Assembly: GCF_964355755.1 (NCBI RefSeq)
Contig: NC_092675.1
Span: 28,058,912 to 28,122,911, forward strand
Length of the DNA stretch: 64,000 nucleotides
From: Antedon mediterranea
Lineage: Eukaryota > Animalia > Echinodermata
Direction: 5' to 3'
Shown: piece by piece, positions 37,903 through 51,930 of the stretch
Layout: each line of letters begins with the position of its first letter
How positions within the stretch are numbered: position 1 is the first letter of the stretch
The notes under the pieces: generated by a model
The model's input: the letters and a program-made list of their open reading frames with translations, nothing else
Database searches by the model: none
Told to the model about the DNA's origin: nothing
Program-made: the position numbers and the translations under genes

Positions 37903-40900
37903 ACATAATTATATAGCACACATTAAAAATTATGCATTCTAGTACAAATTAAAAATGGTTAAAACAATTATTTTGATAGTATAATGAATTTCCTCCTGTT
38001 TAAATTTTACTTTATACAAAAATTGTAATTCTTTGACTGTACAAATTTCACTAAAACTTGTTACAGAAATCCTGAATACATACATTCCTACATACATACA
38101 AAATTTAATTCAAACATGTTTTTAAACATTCATTTCAAGGAAATTTGATGTTATATCCACAAAACAATATTTTAAACAATATATTTGTAGAAATTTGATT
38201 ACAATTTATTTTGAAATGTCATGAATTATTATAAATTAAAGAACAGACAATTAAATTCATTTCTTAAGTTTACCGTAGTGTGTTTTACGCTGAACAAAGA
38301 GCAATCATTTAGTACATCTGTGGTTTTCTATATTTCAATTTCTGTTCTCCATTGATAAAAAATATTAATGTCAATCTTTGAAGACAGTTGAACAGAATTA
38401 ATAATTTCATTACAACTTTGCAGTCTGCAGTCATCATCTAATAACTCGATAAATTTTCATCATGACTTCATGCAATTTTTTCCAAAATCATAGTCATAGT
38501 TTTTTTCTATTTTTATGTCATGTTTAATTGTTCAAAAACTAATTTTCTACTTATTTTTACATTTTTCTTAGCAAATGTTCAATACTGTTAGTACATCTAC
38601 TTTAACTTTCAAAGTAAGAAAAGTTATAGCTTAAAATAACAGGCTCCTGGGTTCAAGTCCTGCCTGATTCAAGAATTTCCATATACTCATCTAAAACAAA
38701 GATTCAAAAAAATATAGTATTAATAAATTAAACAAAGTGACTTCTGGAAATATAGTCTTCAGGAATTAATTTCCAAGTCATCTTTCAATAAACTTTTATT
38801 TTGCTGGCGGCAGTTTTGCGATTGTGGCAAGGAAATTGGCATTAGATATGTTGGTCTGTGATTAGTTCTTGCCTCTACTTATCAAAAACAACCTGAGGGA
38901 GAGTTGAGTGGAGGAACTTATTATGACCTTTGACATTTTGGTCACGTTTTCTCCTAAATATGATCCAGTAAATCCTGTATGTAATCTTGAGATTGAGCTC
39001 ATTTTCAGACATCAGTAATAAGGTTGGATGACAGTGTAGTCTTCTCTGCTGTCACAGATTGTTATGTCTTACTTTATCGATAAATTATCATAGGTTAAAA
39101 CCCCACCTAGTGGCTGTACGTTGATGTTGGTGCCTTCTATCCAGGCCCCACCATCAATTCAATGTGACAAAATAGAATGTTGCCTTGTTTCTGTTTTTTA
39201 GTTTTTTTTAATGTTGTTAAACTACATATTTCTGATCAGTAGTTTTTATACTAGAGTCTGGTTTACCAAACATGGTTCATCAACTTGCTTAAAAAGTTTT
39301 CAAATATGTGTAAATTTCTTTTCCTTCAATCTTAGATGACAAAGTCAAATTCTTAAGATGAAAATAACTATTTAATAAATGATGAATAAATCCAAAGTTT
39401 TCACTTTTTCTTCAAAAGATTGATAAAATGCCAGCCCTGGTGTTTAGGTTACTAGAGAATTTTATGGATACTTTATCATTTTTGTTATCATCATCTACAG
39501 TGATAAAAATCATTTACTTGGAAATATTGAGGAACATTTTTAGTAATTCCATCTTCTTTATTTTGCATTTTGTACATACAGAAACTCTCTGCAACTTAAT
39601 TATAATTTGCTTCCTAACTTATCATAATCACTGCGACAAGACTTGATCTGTTTCTCGAATGATGGTTAATGCCGTCTGCCATGACAAACTTGGCAATCTG
39701 CCTCTACAATGAGTGTGTAGAAATTTACAAACAGCAGTTTAATTTTTCATTAGAAAAATGCTTATACGTCAGTTTTAGTAGAATTTTATATTTTAAAGGA
39801 TTCTTGGAAAAGAAAAGAATAAATCATTTTGTTAAAAAAAATAAACTTGGAAAATGGAAGTATTGGAAAAACACACAACTCGAGTTTTTGAAAGTTAGCC
39901 ATCCTTTTGTCTGGGTTAGTCCAGTGGGTTATGTAGTGTTCTACAGTAGGCCTACCTACAACTGTAGTCTGTCAAAATAAAAGTATTAAGTTTGATGTCA
40001 TAGTCTTGGCTATATACTGTTTGCAATATAATATTGCTATGTTTTTACCTGCAGTCTCAATCCAAACTCACCTTATTATTCATCAACCTTTCTTATTATG
40101 TATCAACATTTCTTAAATGATTTGTTTGGATCTGTGCTATCCTGAATACTAAAAAAAAGTATGGCACTCCTACGTATTGATTTATTATTGTCATATTGAT
40201 GTGCAACAAAATATTATATCTTTTTTTGTCTTTTGTATGGTTTCATTAAAATGTATGAAGTATAGTCATGTGGCCCACTCACAGTTTAATATGATACCCT
40301 TTTTTCTTGAAAGTATTTTGATTTCAGAATTTCTTTAGATCACATGTACTTCTTATGCTTTCATTAATATTTATGAAATGTTAGCCAGGCACCCTTGTAT
40401 TTTATTATGTTTTATTAATATATGATTGTATGAGTATATAAGCAATGGTTGAAAAGTTATGTCCTTTCTAACTTTATAGACCACATGTTTATACTTCTTG
40501 TTTTGTCATGTATTATTCATAAAAGGCTAATAAAACATCCAATTGAATCTTACTATTCAGTTTACATACAAATTGAGATATAAAGTAGTTTCTCAGAATT
40601 AAACTTTTTTTTTTATATTTAATTCTATCTACTTTCACTTTTGGAAAGTTCAGTTAATATTTCACAGTGTGGCAGGTGTCATGATCTGTGGCCTGGTCAA
40701 AATCATTCGTTTGAGATTCATGTGCCAATAACCCAGATCTACACAAATGTTTGTCCTGGACCCAACTTCCGCATATCCTGTTAGTAGAACTAATTACTCC
40801 GCCTGGCTACAAGCATTTATTCTGTTACAACACAGCAACTTGCTCTTCCATGGCTTGTCTCCTATGGAATACAACCTGCATTCCTTCACAAACTAAAAGC

Positions 40901-41156
40901 ACTCTTAATTTACGATTCGTTAAAGAGAAATATTATCTTCCTAACTTCAGGAAACGTCTAGAAAAGATAATCTGGAAAAGTTAGGAGCGTATTTCAGACA
41001 ACTCTGCTTCAACTGAAGTAAAGTAATAACTTGTAGGTAGTGCGAATTCCCTGGTTTAATGTTTAAAGTTCAGATTTATACAAATGTGACCGCAGACAAG
41101 AAAATGAACATTACTCATACTGACCGTAATTTATTACAATATTAGATTTCTTGTAG

Positions 41157-41239
41157 ATGATTGCACTTGTAGACAGTCAGTCAATATGTTGCTACTTGTC
41201 AGATTCTATTCAAACAAGATGAAGACCATTTATTATCAG
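41157..41239 (+). other. Candidate isolated exon (83 nt)
   Basis: tttcttgtag| acceptor and CAG|gtaaga donor, with one open frame (DCTCRQSVNMLLLVRFYSNKMKTIYYQ). No homology recognised. Confidence 0.3.
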
Positions 41240-42148
41240 GTAAGATTCATTTTATACTAAAGATGCTTGCAATTTCGTTGACAAAGCTACTATAAATAGT
41301 TTAAAGAAATGTTCAATTTAGTTTGCATTCATTTATTCAAGTAGTACAGTACATACTACAGGAGAATCAATAGTGTACATAGTAGTACCCCACTGTGTCA
41401 AAGTTCAAAGTAGTTTAGTGTAAATACAGCACCCAGTTTTAAAAACTTATGGTGTGATTGGTACAATTACTGTAAACGTCTGTTATAATCTTGATTAGAA
41501 GCATGCAAAAAAAGGATTAAAAATATTGGTACTGTATAGAACATTACAGAATGATAGCCACTCAAAAGGAGATGCGCACTCTTCCAAAACCGGGCATCCT
41601 GATGTCTGGTTCTAGGAAGTCCAAAGTTGCTTTGTTATGTGAACTATAAAAGCACCCCATTTCCTACCCCATTGCTTCATAAAGTTATGTTGTAGCAATG
41701 AATTAAAAGTGAAAATTGGTTATCTTTCACCAACCATACCGCCCTAAAAAACTGCTGTTGCATACTATACTATATTGGATTGTAGCTTAGCAAGGTGCTG
41801 AACTATTCAAAAATCACTTGAAAATTATATTACAGTTTTGTGTCTTTGTTTATAGTGCTATTAAATATTTCCATCTGTGATTCAAAGTTAACAGCCCTTT
41901 ATGCAACTACATGTGACTTTTGCGCATTTGTTAAATTCCACTTTATTTTTAGCCTATCATTTTTTATTATCTAGACAATTTATGGTTTTGCTTGACTTGA
42001 ATTCTTCTCCAGATATATAAAGTTGAAAATTTAAAAAATATTTTCTAACTCATGCCATCTGAAAGATTAATAACCATACATAACACATTTATCAATTGAA
42101 AATTCTGTCACTATTAGCCAATGACATCAAATCATGTTGATGTTCTTT

Positions 42149-42550
42149 GGAACACACTCATCTATCTTAAACCTCTGTCACCATAAATGGGACTTATCTA
42201 GACTATTATTCATTGACATAAAATCAAGTTGAAACTCTCTCAGACATATGAAAAACACTATGGAACATACACTATTTATTTATCTAGAATATTATCTAAT
42301 AAAAAAAAATTATGTCATGGAACTTCTATGAAATGCCTGGCATACTCTATGAAACTTGTAACCATACATGGAACATTTTCAAACATATGGAACACACTCA
42401 TCCATGTTAAACCTATGTCAAACCTATGTCACCATATATGGAACATACACTATTTATATCTAGAATATTATCTAATCAAAATCATGTCACGGAACTTCTA
42501 TAAAATGCCTGGCATACTCTATGAAACTTAATTATAACCATACATGAAAC
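42149..42550. repeat. Diverged ~180-bp tandem duplication
   Basis: tatggaacatacactattta...tctagaatattatctaat...ggaacttctat.aaatgcctggcatactctatgaaactt occurs from ~42259 and again from ~42437. Confidence 0.85.
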
Positions 42551-42574
42551 GAATTGTGGAATGTCTTCATTTTA

Positions 42575-42712
42575 AGCTCTGTCAACACTATCAAACTAGT
42601 TTGACAAAAAAGTATGATGTGCCCAAATATGGTAGTGATATGATGACATTGTGTCCATATATGGGCACATCACATTTGTTGTGACATAAAGTTTGATAGT
42701 GTAGATAGAGTT
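42575..42712. mobile_element. MITE family A copy 6, TTA target-site duplication
   Basis: tta|agctctgtcaacacta...tagtgtagatagagtt|tta. Confidence 0.88.
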
Positions 42713-43769
42713 TTAGTTTACTTCCTAAAATGTGTCTACTATGCATTTCACTCCCCTCTGAAACTTGAGTAAAATACACGCGGAATGTTTTTTCTATATT
42801 ATTTGTCCATTCACGTAAGTCCTTAACATTTTGACTACTTCATCTCCGTGTGTAATTATGACAGAGCATCCTGTATGTGACAAGTACCCATAAATCTGTA
42901 TGTGCTGAATATTGGCCTTGATATACTAATTAGCATAAAAATTGTTAATTACTAATTATGCTGATGACAAAAGCTTTTGTTATGTGATTAATGATTACAG
43001 TACATTTTTTGATTGTCACGGCTTAAAATAATTTAAAACAATGCAATAATATTGCTGACTAAATCAGCATAGCTTTTGCAACCTCACACAATTTGTTGTA
43101 GTCACAGAAGCTATCATGGCACCTATTTATGTGAGCATGTGTAGATACTCTATTGATTTCATAGTTTTAAAGTTTATGTTTCATGTTTAGGTTATAGTTT
43201 CTGGTTTTTACATATTGCAATTAGACATTAACTATGAACTATACTATTAACTGAATTATAATTTAGATTTTGTTTGGTAATACAATTTCTCGTTATTGTC
43301 CATAATTTTATTATTATATATGCAGTAATTCTGTCAAGGTCTGTCAAACTAGAACAGCCAAATTAGATTTTTCTACATATTTTTCAATTTATAAATGGCT
43401 GGCACATTTCCCAATTTACAGATTTAAAATATATTGTAATTTAAATGCAGAATAATTGCTTAACAATTTGTTCCATCCTCATAATTATGCTAAAAAAAGA
43501 AACATTTTTCTCAGTTTGTATGTTTGTATTTCGTTTAATCAAGATGTATTTATGGTTTAATGCAAATTATTTGGAAACAATCTAATTCTGTAATTTCCCT
43601 GAATAAAAGGTTATCCAAAAATTCTGGGAAACAAGTTTATTTGATGTATAAATAAATTGAAAATTTGTATTGACAAGTCGAGAGTACGGTAATTTACTTT
43701 GTAGCCTTTGGATAATGGCTTTAGATATTTGGATACAATACATTTATTGCTTTAAAACAAATACAATCA

Positions 43770-43951
43770 TCCACATTGAGGACCCAATAAATTGTCCTAA
43801 TAATAGCTGGGGTGCCCTCTGAATAGTTGTTGGCCATAGAGTTTAAACATATAATCTTTCCTTCATTTAGGATGAAATGTCCCCTTAATAGAGGATGGCC
43901 CTGAATAAGGGTCCCCTGAATACGGGTGTCTCAAAGGAAGGGTTCTACTAT
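43770..43951. mobile_element. Tc1/pogo-like MITE remnant
   Basis: Repeated gtcccc-tgaata/taatagagg subunits ending in gggttctacta (a CAGTAGAACCC-type TIR). Confidence 0.5.
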
Positions 43952-44994
43952 GTAAAATATCAATATTCACATTGACAACTTGACAAAATGTTGTATAATC
44001 ATACAACCATTGGCAGTTGGTCCGTGGAGATTAGTAACACTTGCTTTTTCACACTTATTAAATCGGACCTTTCAACCTCACGTTGTCCAAACCATTCCCA
44101 TGGTAATGTTACGATGTACTGTAACATTCAACATATAACTGGTGAATATTTATTGACACAGACAAAAGTTTGAGAATTACCAACTGTGCGAAAATCCCTG
44201 TAAACCTTAATTGACTGCTAATTGTGGCAAACAGGTGACGTTTCACGGCCTTGACGGCTCTCATACGCGGTAAAGAAATCTCTAAAACGTACGCTGCAAC
44301 ATAGAACATATGAACAGAGATGAAATCCAAGATTATGGACCAGATTTTCTTGGGTTTGTCAGCAATTTGTATTGAAAATTGGACATGATTATGCAAACTA
44401 TTACTTGACACTTCTCGCCGGAACAGGAAATGAACGACACCGCAGTCAATTAGCCGCAAAACACCTTCACCGAACAATCACTTTTGTTCGACAACGTTTT
44501 TCGTGTCACTAGTAATCAATGACATGCGTATGCTAGCCTGTATAGTTGACTCACTGCCATTATTTGTTACCTGACCCTAAATCTTTTTGACGTGGGGCAT
44601 GAGGGAGACGGCTGGACCATCTGTAATTGTTATCCCTTGGCGGATATTTCAAATCAGATAATGTGGCTGCATATGAAATTGATACTTCTTATTCGTAAGG
44701 ATGATGGCTAATATGTCTTATCGGTCTTGATATGGCTGGTCAGTTGTTGATGTAATACACATATTATGCATCCATCACAATTCAACTTTACAACTGTATT
44801 CAATTGATGGTTAAATTAATAATATAATATATAAGTAATATTTTTTTAAAGTTATGAAATCAGATGTCAACACATTTCAAGTATTACCAATACTATACAT
44901 GTTTGTTGTCTTAATACATCATGTTTTAACCATCGAGGTATAAAATTAGAATTTTATACCGCCATATTTTAACATTTTGATATATTAAGTGTTG

Positions 44995-45285
44995 TTGCAG
45001 CTATGAAGACCTATACTAATAAACTGTACCTGCAACAGCAAAGTAGATGACTTTAATCTATAAAGGTGGTGATAGCTTTAGTTGCAGAGATTTATGAAGG
45101 TGATAATAACCTATTGCAGTGACATGGTAACAGACTTGAATCAATGGAGGTTACAATATCTTAGTTGCAATGTTAACAGTTTTGAATCTATCAAGGCATT
45201 CATAACTACGTGTTGGCAGAGCAGACATTTTGAATCTATGAAGGTGATAATAACCCAACTTTCAGCATCAGGTCGACAGTTTGTA
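44995..45285. repeat. Diverged ~40-55 bp tandem repeat (tgaatctatgaaggtgataataac...ttgca)
   Basis: About five to six degenerate copies are visible. Confidence 0.6.
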
Positions 45286-46477
45286 CATTAACCAATGTGC
45301 TTGATTACTAGTGACAAGTTAGGTTACCTTTAACACATTGTAGGCCAGGATTTTATTAATCACACACAGCTATATTGTCCCTTGGCACAGACTATAGTGA
45401 CAACAGTAAAATTGAGGATAATGACAGTACGCTGTATAAATTAGATCATGTTTGTTGTATCCTAGGCCTCAACATCAAACACTATAGTTGGCCTCTTTAT
45501 AGTGTTTCTGCTTAATCAGCTTATTAATGTTTTTCATACGCATATAGGCCTGATCATGTGGTCATACTAAAGTCTGATTGATTACATTTTCACTTGTTGA
45601 AAATAAGTGATAAAATCATTTGTATATAATTCTGCCTACGTACAGTCTGTTAAAACTTTGTGTGCAATTTTCTTTTTATTGATACAGATAGAGATCCAAA
45701 TCAATTTGAAATTGCAACGATCAGCATCTTTACATGCAATAGTTATACCAAACAATGCAAAAACAATTTAAGCAACTTTTAAAAACTCACCTCTTTGACA
45801 AACACTTCCATTTTCAATATTCAAAAATAGATTCCAGTAATTGATTTTTTAAATCTTGTTTTCGGTTTGTTTTATTATTAAACAATTAGCTTTAATCTGA
45901 AGAGCGTAGTGGCTTTATGTAGTGTTTACAAATTAATTATATTATTTTTATGCTACTCTGAATTTTACTCACATAGAGGAAAGCATTTCTCTCTCATTTG
46001 GTACAGTATTATGCAAACTATAGTAATGCAAACAGGATCTAGAATGGTGTACAACAGATACAAACAGATACAGCTACTTTGCCCATGGAGGTATAAAAGC
46101 CTCCTCACCCACCAATACAAGTAGCTTATTTATACACTCCTCTTTTGTTGTGTCTTCTTACCTCCTAAATTTGAAAGAGCAACAAGTTCATCCTAGGCTG
46201 AAAACCTTCGTTGTTGATAGTTGTTCCATAGCCGAATAAACTGCTTAAATCTCCCTCAGTGACAACCATCAGGTTAATCAACATCATGGCTTCATTCATG
46301 CTGCCAATTATCATTCTAATTTTCTGCAGTTGCAACATGCAGTCCTGAGTCAACTGATATTATATTTAGAATAACGTGTAGAACATATTTTTGTGAATGT
46401 CATGATGTACACAGTTTTTTCTGTTCTATTTTTATTTACTCAATTATATTCCTACAGTGAAGAATGACTATATTGTA

Positions 46478-46812
46478 TGTTTCCTCCATGTTGTGACCAT
46501 GTTTCCTCCATGTTGTGACCATGTTTCCTCCATGTTGTGACCATGTCTCCTCAATGTTGTTACTATATTATTTCCTCCATGCTACGATCACATTTCCTCC
46601 ATGTTGTGACCATGTTTCCTCCATGTTGTGACCATGTTTCCTCCATGTTGAGACCATGTTTCCTCCATGTTGAGACCATGTTTCCTCCATGTTGTGACCA
46701 TGTCTCCTCAATGTTGTTACTATATTTCCTCCATGCTACGATCACATTTCCTCCATGTTGTGACCATGTTTCCTCCATGTTGTGACCATGTTTCCTCCAT
46801 GTTGTCACTATA
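46478..46812. repeat. 22-bp minisatellite (catgtttcctccatgttgtgac) with a higher-order duplication
   Basis: About 15 units. The variant block catgtctcctcaatgttgttactata...gctacgatcacat occurs twice (~46542, ~46699). It explains three overlapping spurious ORFs. Confidence 0.92.
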
Positions 46813-47996
46813 TTTTCATTCACTTCCTTACCACCAGTGCTCAACAGTAACTTTTGTATTGTCATTTTTTGCATGTATTGAAATAGATTTGAAGTTTTGT
46901 AGTCTCATTCTGGGAGTAACTGACCTAATTAAAAATTGTAGGATTTTTATATTTATAACAAAATATCCATTTTTAAATTAATCTATGTACTCTTAACTCT
47001 GTGGGATCTGTTTCTGCTGCGAGCAAGCTGTGTGACCTGGAGTCAACTACCGTAAAATCTTTAAACATTAGCTGAGCACATTTGACGTTTAATGTTTTTT
47101 GTTGACGAGAGCCCACCGATTTGGCTGGTTTTTTTTTAAACACAATCAATTTTCTTTCCAAATAACTATGGGGCAGTTTTCAAATGTACAGTGGTTTCAA
47201 ACCTTCACATCATAATTTCTGTAATTTTGATACTCCATGTATGTGGATACAGTAGAAAAAAATATATGTATATTACAAACAATCAAAACAATTTTCGCTT
47301 GTAATGTATTCTTTAAATGGATCTCTTAAAAATTGTTTTCTTAATACATCATAGAGGACAGATGTAAACCAGTCCTAGTGCCCCTCACTAAAGGTTGGAC
47401 ATTGCTATCAAATTACAATCTAACCAAGAAGTGATGATATCAGTTGTAGGAATCAGATTGTCAAGAAAGGTTATGGAAAGGTATTACCCCATCTCTTTAA
47501 AGTGAAATGCTAGCGTCCTCTCACTACACATAAATTACTCTCAGGTTTTTTCATGAATAGACATTTTATGAATGTCATTGCCCTTCAACATTATCTCTAT
47601 ATTTTATTCATTACGCCTATGTGATCATCGACCTATAACCATCACTTTAATAGGCTATCATTACTCATATCACCCTTAGAAGGACAACAATAATTTGTGA
47701 GTACATGTCATAAATGTGAAAACAATATTCACATCATTCATCATGAGTTTGATAAAAAAAAAATTCCTTTAAAAAATCATCAAGAAATAAATATTTGTAT
47801 ATTCTTTTCTTTAATCTAATACCAGGTTCAAAAATCTTAAGATACTGTATGTAATTGTACTGTAATGTAAGATATTGTAACAAATAATGTTTACCTTGGT
47901 AAATGAATAAGTTTAAAACATTTCCATGTTGCCTTCATCGGAGTAACACAGTGGTAACTGCGGGTATCTTTATAAAGAGGTTTTTACACTGTGTAA

Positions 47997-48129
47997 AGCT
48001 CTGTCTTCAAACTTTATGTGACAACAAAATGTGATGTGCCCATATACGGACATGATGATGTCATCACTACCATATTTGGGCACATCACACTTTTTTTGTC
48101 AAACTAGTTTGATATTTGTAGACAGAGCT
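47997..48129. mobile_element. MITE family A copy 7
   Basis: taa|agctctgtct...tgtagacagagct|tga. Confidence 0.85.
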
Positions 48130-49306
48130 TGACAATATTATTAAACCATCACAAACTGAAGTAAAAGCATTTTAACTTAGTAAGATTATTCCATGAGATT
48201 GATGTAGAACATTGTTACGTTTGTGTCAAGGACTGATCCACTGAGCGTTCCCGTGAATGAAATGATAAACTACTACTACGGTATTTTTTTATAATATAAA
48301 ATACTTTAATTTTAAAATCTTATTAATATTTATGATAGGGCTTCCCTGTGTTTACATCTGAATCAAACTGGTTTGACAAATCAAGTTTTTCACTTAAGCA
48401 CTATCTTGACCTAAGCAGAATTACTGATAAATGCCAGTCCAGGTAAATGTTCTATTTACTGTAAATTTATTTATTCAAAAAAATTATTTTATTTACATAG
48501 GAAATGGTTTTATATTATTCATAGAAAATAGTAATCTAATATAAAGAAAATACAGGAAATGTTTGATTTCAGGAAAAGGGTGGAACCACTACAATGTTGT
48601 TATAAATGGAAAAAAAATCATGTACATAAAATGTTGTGTAAATCTTAAACCTAAGGATGTAATAGGGACCATGACAACGTTGTTCTACTGCAGTTACTGC
48701 AGATACCTAAACTAAATTTAAAAAAAACACTCTTTAAATAGTAGTGGTTAGGAACTTCTAGAAAGTCTGGTTTGTTTTTTTCCACTAGTCCAATTTCTGG
48801 AGAAAGACAACAGTTTATGAAATTATTCAGCAAACATTTTGGGCAATATACACACTATATTGCAATGACTGCCTCAAGCTTCTATATTTATTTAAAAACT
48901 TTTCTAAAATCTGTTATATAAGATTAAAATAGTGTAGTCTAATGTAGTTAATGCAGTAATTGCAGTATAATAGTTTATTACATGATCACTTAGTTAAATG
49001 ATGAATTGAAAAATTGTATATACACATTGCCAGAACCATACTTAAATGTAATTGATTTGCAACTGTGTTTACTATGATGTGATCTTGTGTCATGAAGAAA
49101 GATAAAATCAAAATGTAATCATGAATAATAGAGCAATGGCATTAGTGGCATTAAATAATTTATAATAATTAAAGGAATATGGTTCAAACTTTTGCAAAAT
49201 TAAGCAGCCTGGAGCTAACCCCAAAAAAACCTCTTTAAATAGTAGAGAAGTGGTTAGGAATTTCTAGAAAGTCTGGTTTGGTTATTTTCCACATTAGTGG
49301 AAAAAT

Positions 49307-49661
49307 GAGCGAGTCATATGGCCGAGCGGTTAAGGCAGGGGCGCCGTTTACCGTACCTAAAGAGCCAATAACAACATCGGCAAGGGTTCGAGGCCGACTC
49401 GCTCCTAGTTCTGGTGGTGGAACAAGTCTTCTCGGATAAGGACTATAAACCGTAGGTCCAGTGTACACAGTTATAACCTGTGTGTACTTTAAAGAACCCA
49501 GTTCATTATTCGAAAAAGAGTAGGGGGTTACCCCGGTGAACTGGTTCACACAATAGCCCCTGTATCAGGGGGATTACCACCTATCTGATAGGACAGTGAT
49601 TAATTCACTATTGGTAATCCTTGGCCACATTGCCTAAAGACATAAAATTAAAAAAAATAAA
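49307..49661 (+). mobile_element. Full-length tRNA-derived SINE with Deu-like core
   Basis: A box tggccgagcggttaaggc, B box gggttcgaggcc, core cggataaggactataaaccgtaggtcc...taaagaaccca...tcgaaaaagagtagggggttaccccggtg, and an A-rich tail. It interrupts a sequence present intact at 48730..48812. Confidence 0.88.
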
Positions 49662-49866
49662 AGTCCAGTTTCTGGAGAAAGACAACAAACAGACTATTTC
49701 TTGTGTCATGATAATTAAAAACAATATGGATCGAGTATGCTAATTCTAAATTATTAAAATTGTTACTTGATCCATAGATCTATTGTAAATCTTGTTAACT
49801 ATTTTCTTCTTGATGTAGAATATTAAACTTTATCAATTGAGATAAATTACATATTTAAATTTCTAA

Positions 49867-49975
49867 AGCCCTGTCTACACTATCAAAATTTATGTGACAA
49901 TGTGATGTGCCCATATGTGGACATGATGATGTCATATCACTATCATATTTGGGTATATCACTTTTTTTAGCAAAC
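49867..49975. mobile_element. MITE family A copy 8 (right end lost)
   Basis: taa|agccctgtctacactatcaaa...gtgatgtgcccatat... Confidence 0.8.
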
Positions 49976-51610
49976 ATCATGACAATAAAACAAATAGGAA
50001 AAGACTTATCATTAACATTTTGACACATTTGCTGTTACATCAGCAGACTTAAAATTACTCTCGCTGGAAATGACATCAAATTTTAAAAATGAAAAAAAAA
50101 AAGAGTTTGAAACTTTGGCGTCATGGAGTAATGCTTTTCTTTATTATCGGCCACACTGTTTTAATCAGTCGTTTCCTGAAACACAAGAAATTGCAATTGT
50201 TGTTCAATTAACTAATTAAGTTTCTGAAATGCCTTAGTCACTTGCATGTTAATTACAATCTCTTAATTCTCAGTTGAGAATGTAATGTATCCCCTTGTGG
50301 CATAGCAACCCCTTCATTCTCACTTTCTATTGTTTTTCTCAACTTTTCAATGCCTTTTTTTTGGAACAGTTTTTCAAAGCTGTTTCAGTTTAACGTTTTG
50401 CAAATCACATTAATAAAATTTGTTTTGAGTTTGGCTGTTTGATAAAAAAAAAGAAATACTGTAAATGTAATGAAATTAAAATAATAATGAACATTATTAA
50501 TTCATAATTGTTTATATATTTATTCTATTATTTTTAAATAAAATGTTTAAAACAATTTATAATCAATAACTTTATTATAACACTATCAATGTGAGTTTTC
50601 TGTCTTGTATTTGTTTAAATGTTATTTTGAATCTTTATTATAGTATCTTCTTGCATCTCATGCAATGTTTTAAATATTTTCTTTTTGTATTTAAGAACCA
50701 AAATGGAAATAAGTTTTTTTCTTAAACGTTCTTCTTTACCCAATACAAGTTTCAGTTGATTATTTTCAACCATTCTTTACTTTTGGGGTTTTCCCTCTTC
50801 TAAAGAGATGATAGAAATGAATGATTCTTAATTGATTAATTGACATCTGAGAGTATGCTAACTATGTGATTTCTATCTGGTTCATTTTGTATATCATGCT
50901 GTTCAATATTAGTTCTGCCAAGCTGTAAAAGATATATTTAATGGTTATATTGCATGATTAGCTTTTTATAAACATTTTTTAATTTTGTGCAACGCAAATC
51001 TTGTGACTTTCAGACATTTATAACTCTGCGGTCAAAATCCAAGTGCCACCCTATTTAATTGCTTTTGACATTGATTGAAGTTAAGCATCGGATTATTGAA
51101 CAAAAGTTCAATTTAGAACAGACAGTAGGTGTACGCTTTGTATTTGTTGAATATTTATTTTGTTAAAAACTTAGACAGTCATTATTTGAACATATGAATT
51201 AAGCATTCTCTCTATTCAACAACTCATTAACATTCATTATTTGTATACTGATGTTTGGAAAAAGTATGTTTACCTCTAGCATGCAGTGTTTTCATGTTTC
51301 CACTTCATTTTACACAATGTTATCTTAATTATTTATTAAGTAAACAAATTATTAGGCAATCGTCCTGTCCTGCTTATACATTTAACAAACAATAGGGAAC
51401 AACGAACTTTGGCATCTATTATTTACGTAAAACTATTTTTATGTGATTAACATCAAGAAGAATGAGGTCCTGCTTAATTTAGAACTGGTGGTAGGCGGAA
51501 AACAAGATGACAAACAGAAATTAAAGCACAATTGCACGTTTTAGAATTTTTAAACTGACATGTAATTTTGTTTTAATCTTCCATTTATCTTATCTCTTCT
51601 TTTTAATTTC

Positions 51611-51930
51611 TAATAATAATAATAGTTCATTCTTATATAGCGCATATATAAGCAAGCTCTCAATGCGCTGTGCATAAATTAAAATAGACAAGAAGTGGCA
51701 GTAATTTAAATTAATGAAAACCTTGAAAAGGAAAGAAAATCTATGGGGTCTTGAAAGAGTTTAGAGTAGTACACTGTCTGATTGAAATTGGTAGGGAATT
51801 CCACAGTGTTTGGAGATGCCACAGCAAAGCTCTTCAACCAATGTAAATGTCCTAGTCTAGTTTAATTACAATGAAGTTATTGACACTAGTACCTCTTCTG
51901 GTGTATTTTTGATTATGACTCAATAGATGT
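51611..51930 (-). mobile_element. Degenerate L2 LINE 3' end
   Basis: The minus strand gives KSFAVASP/TLWNSLPISIRQCTTLNSFKTP, then the L2-type end agcgcattgag...tgcgctatataag and a (TTA)n tail. Confidence 0.75.

Noticed and set aside
46537-46981. Three overlapping Cys/His-rich ORFs
   Set aside because: They arise from the stop-free 22-bp minisatellite, and there is no splice or codon evidence.
49320-49400. tRNA gene (also at 14900-14970, 25390-25450 and 58888-58950)
   Set aside because: A and B boxes are present, but there is no cloverleaf and each continues into a SINE body.
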